Positions 1-10,942 of a DNA stretch of 64,000 bases are shown one piece after another. Under the pieces are notes generated by a model. The model saw nothing but the letters and a program-made list of their open reading frames with translations, ran no database searches and had not been told where the DNA came from. The number at the start of each line of letters is the position of its first letter. The first letter of the stretch is position 1. The stretch lies in contig NC_045714.1 of NCBI RefSeq assembly GCF_009834535.1, positions 14,632,001-14,696,000 of the forward strand, read 5' to 3'. This DNA is from Camelus ferus. Taxonomy: Eukaryota. The position numbers and the translations under genes are program-made.

Positions 1-709
1 TCGTCCTGGGACCCCTTCTGCGACCCAGCAGAACATGGGTGTGAGGCCCCGGCACTCCTTCCAGAATGTTCTAGCACAGCCGCTGCTTCACTGAAACGGA
101 CAATGGAAACTTAATGAAAATACAACAGAGGAAATTTTATTAATGCGGTTTTTATATCAGACCCAGGGTGGCCCCTCCTGTGATACAAAGTCATTACTGC
201 AGTTAAACTCATTCTGCTAGTTAGCACAGGCATTTATTCCTGCCAGTAAAAGACAGTATTGGGAGAGCGATGGAGCCGGTGTATCTGCACGTCTCCCTCC
301 TGAGCGTTCGGGCAGGGCACTGGGGGGCGGGGGCGGGGGACTCAGGGAAGATGCCTGGGGACCCTGTTGGGGTCCAAGGCAAGATGTCCTGCCGAAGCTG
401 AAAAGTGCAACCATGTCTGCCTCTTGTTTCTGAGAACGACCCAGGGACCAAATACGGGGCTGGGGGACAACAGAGGTGACCCAGAGGATGGTCAGCCAAG
501 ACCCCCAGGAAGAGGATAGCAGTTTGTCCCTGAGAGGAACTGAGGAAAGAGGGTCCTCATGTGGGACCCCTTGTTGAGACACTCACATCCAACTACAGGA
601 CCTGGAGACTCGACGCTTAACTCAAAGAAGTGAGCTCCTAAAGGCTGAATTCAGGCCCTGTGATTGTTTGTGGGAACATTTTCTTTCAGTCCCAAGTGAA
701 CTGTGCTAA

Positions 710-1190
710 TGTGGTGGTTTTAAAATACATCTCCACTTCTTTGACAATCCTCTCCTCAAGAGGAGGTTTCATCCCCTCTTCCTGAGTGTGGGCTGGACTT
801 AATGACGTGCTTTTCATGACAAAGCGTGGCAGAAGGGACAGTGGTGATTGCTAAGACGAGGTTATAAGTCATCGCGGTCCCGGGGACCACGCCGCACGCT
901 CGGGCAGCCCTGTGGGCGGTCCAAGGGGCGAGGAGCTGAGGGTTCCAACCAAGGGCCTTGTGAGCCAGCAACTTGGAAGGGGACCCTCCAGCCCCAGTCC
1001 AGCCTTCAGATGACCAGAGCCGCCACTGACACTTGGACTGCCCCTCATCAGACACCCTGAGTGAGAACCACCTGGCCAGGCCATGCTTGAATTCCTGGTT
1101 CTCACAAACTGTGCGAGAACAAATGTGTGTTGTGGTTTTAGGCTGTGAAGTTTGGGCTAATTTGTTATGCAGCAACAGATACCGAATGCA
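710..1190 (+). mobile_element. MaLR solo LTR (MLT1 family, MLT1E/F-like)
   Basis: Starts TGTGGTGG and ends ...GTTTGGGCTAATTTGTTATGCAGCAACAGATACCGAATGCA, resembling MLT1 termini; internal CCAGCCCCAGTCCAGCCTTCAGATGAC is typical of MLT1. Subfamily from memory. Confidence 0.75.
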
Positions 1191-1341
1191 CCCAGTGAGG
1201 ACCCAGGCTGATCTCCAGGTGAGAAGAAAATGTTAAGGTCGTGGTGGAGAGAATCCCCCGGCCCCCAGCCCTCAGTCTCTGCCCCGGGGCTTCTCCCCTT
1301 GCCCCATGTCCCCAGCCAGCTCTACTCACTGGATTTCTGGA

Positions 1342-1425
1342 TTTTTTTTTTTAACAGAGGTACTGGGAACCCAGGACCTCGTGCATGCTAAGCACACGCT
1401 CGACCACTGAGCTGTACCCTTCCCC
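1342..1425 (-). mobile_element. tRNA-derived SINE, camelid Vic-1-like
   Basis: Reverse complement reads GGGGAAGGGTACAGCTCAGTGGTCGAGCGTGTGCTTAGCATGCACGAGGTCCTGGGTTCCCAGTACCTCTGTT followed by an A-tail: tRNA-like A/B boxes plus poly(A). Confidence 0.8.
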
Positions 1426-1500
1426 TGTAATTCATAATCATTTTGGAACTAGGGCCCCGTATTTCCATTTTGCACTGGGACTGCACATTTGTAGTCCACC
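1426..1500 (+). mobile_element. MER45-like hAT DNA transposon fragment (3' part)
   Basis: AGGGCCCCGTATTTCCATTTTGCACTGGGACTGCACATTTGTAG resembles the MER45A 3' end (recalled consensus). Confidence 0.55.
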
Positions 1501-3300
1501 CACCTTGTCCCAGAAAACCCACTGAGTCTTCGGAGGAAGGGCTGTCTGGCGGAGTCTGCAGCCGTCTGAGTGAACCTGGTCAGTGCTTTGGGGAGGCTCA
1601 GGGCTAAGTGTACAGGAGCTGGGAAAGTGGCCAGAGCAGCAAGTGTCAGTCCAGGACTGCCCACTGAAATCTGGATTTCAGATCACCAACAAACACGTTT
1701 TCAGTATAAGTCCATGCCGGGCAGTTATCTGGGGCAAAATCTTACGTCTGCCGGTCTCATTTAATGAGTGATTTTGGATTAAAATGGGAGCCAACAACAG
1801 GGCCCTGGTCTGTCGTAAATCTCCACAAAATGAAAATTGCAAAGATTTACTTAGGGTCGTTACAGGAGGAAATTTAATCACTGCCCCATCTATAACGTCG
1901 TCCCCTCGCCGCGGACGGGTAACTGAGCTGCCACGCGGGGATTACGGATGCCTCCCGTTTATGAGGTCAGCTTCCCGCTGATGTCTGGGGCCTGGGCGCA
2001 CGGAGGTCGGGGTCACACGCGGCCGTGGTTCACCGTGCCGTCAGCGATTCACCCTGGCCACAGCCCTTACAGCTCACTTCGCTTACTGAAGACGTCTCCA
2101 GATTTTTCTCTGTCAAAAAAGTATGACAGGAGGCAAAAGCCGAGATGAGACGAGTAGAAAACCGTCTACCGTGTCCTGATTTTGCAGCGACAACGCCCCG
2201 TCCCGGCCCCAGTGCATCTCCCAGCGATGAACCGAATGCACCCACCACTCTGGGACCCTTCTCATTTGTAGAAGTGCCTCCTGTTTCCCTAGGCGCTCCA
2301 CGGTTTCCCTTGGCTGGTTCCCATCCCCTGGTTCCCAGGGAGGGGCTGGGCAGTCTCCAGGTTAACAGTAACTGACAGGCGGCTCAGCGGCAGCCCCGGG
2401 CGCTGCGCTTATGGGAAAGTGATATCACGCGGCACCTGCCCGCCAGGCCCTGCCGCGGCCCCGCCCCGACCACTGGCTGTCACCTTCATTTAATCAGTGC
2501 TTACAGGGCGCCCGCTGCACACCCGTGCTGTCCCGGGTGCCTCAGTGCCTCCTCGTCCAAACTCTCACAGCCCTTCCTGTCGGGGAAACCGCTGTGGACG
2601 GCGGGGGTGCGGTGCTGCGGCTTTAATTGAGAGGAATGTGTTTGTGGAAAGAGGAAGAAACGAGGGGGACAGTCACGGAGCAATCGGCATCCTCAGCGTT
2701 GTGGACTGCCCGGAATTGCAGCCAGGAGCCTTCTTTGGAAATCTCGACACCAATGGGCTATTCCCAGAAAGAGCAAGGTTGGACCACTCGTTTCATCCCC
2801 CGAAGCCACAGCGGTTCACGCAGGACCACTGGTGCAAAAATCAAGGTGCTTGAGCATTTAATCAGTGCTTAAAGGGCGCGACAACGTTCAGAGATTGTGT
2901 GCCCCCATGGTGGGCACAGGGGACAATGGTGACAGCAACACACAGTCTGTGGGGGCAGGCACAGTGCTGAGGTTCAGGGGACCTCACACAGCGCCCCCAA
3001 GTCTCCTGTGCTCCTGAGCTCACTACCCCGTCTCGCAGATGGCACGATTGAGGCAGAGCGGGAACCCTGGTGAGCTCACTAGGCTGATGAGAGACGCCAG
3101 GCCCCAGACCTCCACGCCCTGTGCACCCATTTAGAAGACATCCCCGAAAAGGCAAAACTACAGGCCGGAGAGCAGGCAGCAGCTCCAGGGTCAGGCGAGC
3201 ACCCGAGGGCTTCTTGCACGAAGGAGATTCCGCGTCCCCGACTGCCAGGGGCTCGCGCTGCAGGCGCTTACCAGCGTTCAAGGAACTGCGTGTGTGGGGG

Positions 3301-3316
3301 GTGTGTGTGTGTGTGT
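3301..3316 (+). repeat. (GT)8 microsatellite
   Basis: Direct read of the sequence. Confidence 0.9.
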
Positions 3317-3319
3317 TTT

Positions 3320-3510
3320 TCTGTGTAAATTACCCATCAATAAGCCTGACTTGAAAAAAGTCCAATTACAGGTGATAACAAAGTTCTGGAAGTAGAAGGT
3401 GGGGATGGTTGCAAGACACTGTGAATGTGTTTAACGCCCCTGAACTGTACAGTTAAAAACGGTTAAAATGGCAAATTTTATGTGAAGCATGTTTCCGCAC
3501 AGAGAAAACA
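3320..3510 (+). mobile_element. L1 (L1M-type) 3' UTR fragment
   Basis: AAAGTTCTGGAAGTAGAAGGTGGGGATGGTTGCAAGACACTGTGAATGTGTTTAACGCCCCTGAACTGTACAGTTAAAAACGGTTAAAATGGCAAATTTTATG matches the ancient mammalian L1 3' end. Confidence 0.8.
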
Positions 3511-6500
3511 AAGAGGAAGCAGTGGCTCTGGGAAGAATGAATGGACGGCCCCTCTGGTCGGCTGCCCCGCGGCTGCTCCACCTGCAGGCTTGTCAGGCGG
3601 CCCCAGGGGGCCTGGGATGCAGGGCAAAGTGCCACCGAGCTTGTGGTCCCGGACATGGAGCCGTGCAGCCGCTGACCTCGCCTGGCCCCGAGCATAGCTG
3701 GCGCTGATGAGGCACCGTCCCTAAGCCCATGCTGGGACCGCCGGCTCAGTCCTTGGGGCAGCTCGGTGCCCGCGGCTGCATCACCAGGGTCCCTGGGCGG
3801 AGGGGGACCGGGGGAGCCGGCTCTGCCATCCTGGCCCTGCTGGGGCCCCTGGCCTGGTTGTTCATTAGTAATTATTTTGGAAACATTGTTGGTTCACCTT
3901 CGCGGTGGGCGACAAGAAGGGGGAGCAGTTGGAAGCTGAGCAATTCCTTTTAAACGATGTGTTTAGCGGCTCCGCGGGCTGTAATGAGGCTGCTTAGTGA
4001 AGTCGGTATCCTTGAAAGTTCGTCTGTGTCCCTCGTCTGTCAGCACAGCCACTTCCCGACGCCGTGGTAATTAATCACACGGCCCCTGCAGCGGAGAGAG
4101 GCCGTCATGATAACGAACAGGTTCCGGGGATGCGCGGCCCCACCAAGTCGCTTTTTAAACCAGCCCTATTAAGCAGAAAATTAGAGCGAGGCCACCCTGA
4201 CAACACACTCATCAGGAGGTGCTGGTCCCTGCCCACTTCTCGTTCCTACGTCTTCAATTAGCAGCCGCTGGCTGTCCTCCCTCTGCGGCCAGCTCCTGCC
4301 ACTCCTGGGGCGACTCTCCCAGGGGGGCCCTCCCCTCTGCCTCTGGTAAATCAGGATGGGCTTCGGGCTGAGTGGGGAGGGGCCGGCGCTGGGGACAACC
4401 AGGCTGCGCGACCTAGGAAGTGCCTACAGCGCGGGGAGTGCCGCCCCGCCCCCCGTGGTGCCCTCTCTGCAGAGTCACTCCTGACTGTGGCCACACTCAG
4501 CAGTGCAGGCTCCCTGGAGCTCTCAGCGTGAGGACATCCTCTGAGACCGCATGAACACCACCCCTCTCGGGTTCTGCCCGCTGCCCGCGTAGAGCCATCT
4601 CACCCACCTTCCAGAACAGCCGCGCACAGCAAGGAGCCCCACCCCTACCTGCAGCAGGCCCGACATGGCCTCGGCAGGGGGTGAACCTGTTTACAGCGTG
4701 ACACGCATGTATAGGCACACACGTGCTCACACACGCTCACACGCATGTGAGTTCAGGTGACTCCGGCAGAGAGCGCGCTTGCCTGGCGTCCACCTGCCTC
4801 CAGGCTGTGCCGAAGGCGGCCGGTCAGCTGTCCTCCTGGATCGGCCTTCCCAGACCAGCCAGGCCTTCCCTGAGCCACGTGCAACCAGCACGGCACTAGG
4901 GGCAGTGACCAGGGTCTTGATACCCCAGATTTGTGATATTTTAAGGAACACGTGTGACGGTTAGGGGAAGAGGGCTGCAGGAGAGAGAGCGGCAGAGGTG
5001 CGGGGCGGGGCTGGGCTGGGGGCGTCGTCTGTCCCCCCCTCGGGACAGCGCTTTTCACCCCTCCGGCAGGTCCCTCAGGTAGAGGAGGCGCTGACACAAC
5101 GCTCTGGAGGAACCAGCTGGTTCTGAGCGTCACCAAGGACCCCACAGCCCGAGGAATGATTCCAGGGGAGAGGAGAGCAGTTACTTTCAAGTAGCAGCAG
5201 AAGGTAAAGGTTCTACATTTCTTTTGGGAACCCAGACTCCTGAATATAAAATAAACAACTTCCCATTTGCCTGTGATGTTTGAAAGGAAGGTACTGCCTT
5301 CCTAGAATCCTCAGCGCGTTGAGAGTCAGCGAGGACACTCGGCAGCCGGGCTGGTCAGTGACGGGCTAGGGGGAGGAAGGGTCGTGAGACCAGTCTCCTC
5401 CCTTTGCAGTCTGGGTGCCACGGGCCTACTGGCACCGGTGACTCACAGCCAGTGGAGTTTCTGCATCCCCGTTACTAGAACCCGTGGGTGGGTCCACTCC
5501 TGAGCGATGAGCTGGCCCTTCACCAGCTTGCGGTCAGTGGACGGTATCCAGGCTGCTCTGCACAAGCCATCCTGGGACCTGGCGTGACCTTGGCGGAGGG
5601 GACCTGGCTCCTGCCTGCAGGGTGACAACGTGGGTTGGGGTCACGTGAGCCCCTCTCTGGGCAACTGGTTCCCGTCAGACCCCCAGGCAGATGTGGGCTA
5701 GGACCCGCCCTCGCTCTTGGCCCCGGTGCCCACCGCTCGGTCTGTGCGCACAAGGTGCAGAGGTCGCTTGTCCCAGGGACCTGGTAATGCTGGTGCCGTC
5801 TGTGGTCAAACGCAGGGAAGTGCTGAGAGGGCCAGGACACAGCTCTGGGCTGCGAGCCAGCCGGGCCCCGAGTGACAAAGGCAACAAAAACGCATCCTGT
5901 CAGATGCTTCGTGGCCGTCAGAGAGCCTCGCGGGTCCTGCTTGTGTCTCAGGGTTTGAAGCCAGGTTCCCAGGCTGGCTGTGGCCTCATTAGGGCAGCAA
6001 GAGCCGCCCACGTGGAACTGGGGAGACTGGGCTCCCGTCAGGCCGAATCAGGGCCCCCAGGAGAGCAACTGACTGTGGGCTCATCGCTGTAGACAAAACG
6101 TGACTCAGAGGCGGAGCGAGGCCGGCAGGGCAGGCTGGGCTGTTTCCGACGCCCAGGCAGCTGCGCCCGAGAGTCCCCTGAGCCGGGGCCAGGCTCCCCT
6201 CCCGGGGCACCACCATGCATGCGAGCCGGCTGCACCAGGTGCGGCCAACGCCCCATGCCCGCGAGTGTCGTGGGGGACAGAGGCCACTGGCCAGGCCCAT
6301 GTGTGGCTCTGCACTGTGTCTGAGAGTTGTGCCCCCAGGAGACGCAGAGGAGGCCCTGGGGTCAGGGCAGGCCATAGCCACAGGTCTGCAAGGTGGGCCA
6401 CAGAGCAGGAATGCCAGTTTATTCAGAGACGCCTGCATCTTATGGGCCCAGCCCCTCCACGGTGACCTCTCAGATAATTCTGGCTGTCTTCCCACTCGGA

Positions 6501-7250
6501 CAGCCACACTTAAAAGCAGCTTTTAAGCTGTTATATGAATAATCATGCCTCGGGCACTTGAGATTGGGAAGAAAACAGCATACATCACTTTTCAAAACAG
6601 AGAAAATACTCGATCAAAGGTAACTTGGCTAAGTAGTTCAGCCTTTCTGCACTTATGGTAATGTGGGCTTGGCTCCTCTGGGGTTAAATTTGCAAATGTG
6701 TCCGAACTTCCTGATTTCATGGGCCAGACTGCAGATGGGGAGTTGGAACACGACGTCCAGAGTTATGAGCCCAAAGAGGTAATTGTTGGAGGAATAATTT
6801 AATACATTGTAAATCCCTCTATTTCCATCCCTTCAAATGGGATGCCAAAAGCGATTAAAGACTAAAAACATATCACAAGCAAATTCACATGATAAAATGG
6901 CTGTAATCACTCTCCACGGGATTAACCAGGGCTCAGGAGCCTCGGCCCTGAGGCTGCAGGAGGAGTCCTGCCTGGCGGCCGGGGGAGAGGCACGGCCAGC
7001 TGCGCCGGTCGGAGCGATGGTTCTGCATTTCCCGTTTTAGGAAAACGGTACCTCTCCTTTTTGAGGAGGTATCTCTTCTTTTAACGTTTCCAACCTGCAA
7101 GGAGACAGACAGGCGTGTTTGGCAAAGCCAGTGTCTGCAGCGGGACACTCACAGGTAAAACCAGGCTCCCCGAGCCTTCTGTGGCATCTGCATAAGTGAA
7201 AAAGAAATCCCATCTTTGGGGATGAAATAAACAGAACGAAACAGTGGAAG

Positions 7251-7269
7251 CCACGTGCCCGGCACGTGG
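7251..7269. promoter_or_regulatory. Perfect CACGTG-N5-CACGTG double E-box (ChoRE consensus geometry)
   Basis: CCACGTGCC-C-GGCACGTGG: a 19-bp inverted repeat with E-boxes at 7252-7257 and 7263-7268. Function unproven. Confidence 0.45.
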
Positions 7270-10200
7270 GCGGATGGCCTCTGCGTGGTCCGTGCTCCCG
7301 GTCCTTGAGGGCAGATCTGGGTCTGGGAAGGGCTCTGTCCTGGCGGCTTGGGTGCCACCACCTACTACTGAAAACAGGATGCTGTTTTAGGTGCATGAAT
7401 TTCCAAACAGGGAAAACGAAGACCTGTCGGCGTCAAGATTTCAGGCACCTTCAGAACCGAGAGCGCTGGGGCCGTGCCGGTCACGCAGGTCAGTGACGAA
7501 GATGGGGTGCAGGACCCAGGCTGAGCAACTTGCCTCTTCTGACCCTGGCCAGGGACCCCTATGGAGCCTGCCCGAGCCCCCACAAGCCGGGCTTCACAGG
7601 CTCCTAACCTGAGTTGGCAGGAGTCCTGGTCTGCAAGCTGTTGGGGCAGCAGCCAGTGTGGCCGAGCCCTTCATCTGTGGGGTCAACAGAGGAAGAGGCT
7701 CTGTTGGCTCAAGACAAACCCCTCGGCCGCAGTGGGGAGGACCCCACTGTCGCTATGCTGCCACGAGGCTGGCTCCCAGGTGTGGGTGTGGTTGGCCCGA
7801 GCCAGGCTGACGCACTGGGACCAGCGACTGGGGGGACACACAGCCTCCACTCCAGGTGGAGAACTCCCGGGGGCTCCTCTCGGCCCCCACTCTGCCCCGG
7901 CTAGACTTGGTGAGCCCGGACTGAGAGCATGACTAGGGCCACGTGCTTCCTGTCTTGTCTAGCCTGCAAATGTATCCCCTGAACCGGTGGAGGTTACCTG
8001 CCTGGCGTGAAAGCCCGTGGCGAACGCTCGGCTTCTCTATGACCTAGAGCAGTTTTCTCCACTGTGGCAGCCACGAGTCACACGTGGCCACCGGGCACTT
8101 GGCACAGGGCTGCTCTGAACTGAGACAGGCTCTGAGTGTAAGACACACTGATTCTGAAGATTTGGAAAAAAAGGGAATATAAACTATTTCCCTAATAGTT
8201 TTAAAAGATTGATCACATGCTGAAATGATAATAGGTAAGGCCACACTGGGATAAATTAGTTAACACTAAATTGATCTGCTTCTATTTCCTTTCCGTACGT
8301 GGCCATGAGAACATGTAAAAGTTCCACACATGGCCTGCACGCTGTCTGGGGGGCAGCCCCGGTTTCCAGGGCTCGTGTTAATATCTTGGTCCTGCGTGGA
8401 GCCCACGTGCTCTACCTCATCACAGCAGGTGCATCTTCCGTGCCTGAGAGGGATCTTGAAAAGGCTGTCCAGTCTGAGCAACAAGGAAAGCCCTTTCCTA
8501 TTTCATTCTTCTCCCAGTGCAGGAGAAAGGAGAGCTCTGGGTTAGGTGCGGGGTGATGGGTTTTTTCAAGTTGATCCCCAGCAATTCCTGCCACCCCTGT
8601 AGCAGAGCAACCTTTCAGGGAAGACACAAGGACCCCCATCAGAAGTTTCCAGAGAGTCTCCTGCTTGCAAACAGGCAGCGCCAACAGACATCTTTGGTTG
8701 GTTATACTGGGGGCACATGGGCCCCAGGGAATCAGACCTTTTGTGCTGGGAAAGTTCCTCCAATGTTCAGGTTGTCTGAGAATGAGGAGTTTGCGGCCCA
8801 AGCTTGGGAGAGGCCAAATGACTGATTCTGACAGACCGCATGGTATGATCAACGGCTGCTGTAGGGAAACACACCTAATTTCACTTTGAAAAACGACCCC
8901 AATCAACACCAGGGACCAGCACGCTGACATTTTGGAGAACAACTGATAAACAGCTTTGTAATTAAAAAAAAAAAAGTGCTTAAATTTAATTTAACTTTTA
9001 CTTAAATAAAGTTACCAGGGAGATTTATGAGTATTTAAAGTACTACTTTAAATGGAGCAGTAAACAATGTTTTAATTGTTGTTTTTCACCTACAAGGGGC
9101 AAAGAGATTTTTTCCTTCACCTTTTTCTTACTATTTTGTATATTTGATGAGTGGCTGTTTACAGATTAGTTACCTGCATCTTAGAAATTTTTTTAGACTC
9201 TGTGATTTAGAAGCATGTGGCCCAAGTTGACACTATTTGAAAATTGAAATTATCAGTTCAAGGCACAAATGAACATGATTTAAGTTGATAGTAAAACTTT
9301 ATCATATTATTTATAAAAATTAGCTGAAATCAAACACTTTATTCTGAATATAATTGACGTACTAACCATGCATGATTTTCACCAGTAAGAAACTGTTTCA
9401 GATTATGGCAAGTGATTTATAAAGCTGATCTGGTATCACTTTGAAATGACCCTAGAAGTTGGTGACACGGGTACACAGCTATCTAAAAGAGACCGAAACA
9501 TAGTTTCCAGCACTCACTTTTTGAATGTGCAAAACTGATAAACTAATCTGTTATGGGGAAAAAAGGACAAGAATTAAACATGGAAATTAGCAAAAACCAG
9601 TATTAAGCATATGTCTTTATGAGTGAGACTTAATCACACACTTCATTTTGCAAATACAAAAGGGGCTTTTGAAATGTATTAATTAAAGTTAACTGCTGCA
9701 GACAGGCCGCTTTGTAGGGCCGCAGGTCTTCTCCCTATTAGCATAGCATTAAGGACAGCCGAGGAAATTGGGTTAATAAAGCTGGATATTGTAGCAGAGC
9801 TGCACCGGCACAAACCGGCGTGGACAGCTCGGTCCCCAGGGCACTGGCTCGGCTATGCGCGGTGCCTGGACCCCGGGGTGATGGCAGAGTTCTGAGCTGC
9901 GCACTCACACAGACCCCATCATCACACCGACTTCAAAAGAGACCCCATCACCGTTGGTACCGGCCAGGGCACAGCCCCCACCAGCGTACTCACCGTGTCC
10001 TGGTCTCCTCTCCTGGAAAAGTTCGGGGTTGGTGGGGAGGGGGTTTGGCCGGTCAGCAGGGCTAGACAGGGCCCTCCCCTGCCACCCCAGGATCTCTCCT
10101 CTGCAGCCGCCTTCAAGCAGAGGACGCACCACTGTCTCCATCCAGCTCCGCCCAGGTCTCACTAGGGTGTAAAGGATCCGGTCTGGGCGGTGGGGGGTGG

Positions 10201-10942
10201 GGAGTTCAGGGGCTGTCTAGGGGACAAATTATGCAGACTTGGAGGCAGCCGGCTTTGGCGTCCGCTTACCTCTAGAGGTTAGCACCTCTAGGCGGGCAAG
10301 AACATAAACAGCAAACTCAGACTTGGGAAAGCCGAAAAGCTACTGGCCTGGGGTCTTCTCGGGTCCGCAGTACCAGCTCCTTTGCAAACGACCGTTGCCG
10401 GGTGGGTCGGGGCATCCCGCATCTCGGCTTCTGCGGTGCGGGGGTTGTGGGCCCGCAGAGGCGGAAGGTGCCGGGGGAGCGGCGCGATCTCGGGAACTCG
10501 CCCACCCAGAGCTCCAGTGTGAGGTCCACGACTCGCCAAGCCGGGCTACGCTGTCCCTGGGGTGGCTCGGGGTAGGAACACCCGCCCGGGGTCGCGCCAG
10601 TCCCCGCTCTCGCTGCGGCCCTGCTTTCCTTTTGGCGAGTGAGCGGCGGGGCCCGGACGAGCACCGGTGGTCACCCCCGCCCGGTTCCTAAGGCCGACGG
10701 CTGGGGGAGTCGGGAGGGTGCCCAGTGGGCATTGAGGGCTCCAGGATTCCAGCACGGATTCCGGCGCCCCGCTGTCCGGCCCAATCCCGCGCCCAAACGG
10801 GGTTTGAGCTTCCCGCGGGCCCAAACTGTTCAGTGGGCCGCTTTCTCCCGGTGGGCGGGGTCCGGTTGGGGCAGGGTGACACAGTCACTGGGGACAAGGC
10901 AAAATGGAGGACGCGTGCGGAGGAGGGGTCGGCCCAGGGCCC

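Noticed and set aside
1342-1425. tRNA-like sequence
   Set aside because: Has an A-tail and a diverged 3' half; it is a SINE, not a tRNA gene.
7032-7070. Two small hairpins followed by T-rich sequence (terminator-like)
   Set aside because: Eukaryotic DNA; 5-7 bp stems are expected by chance.
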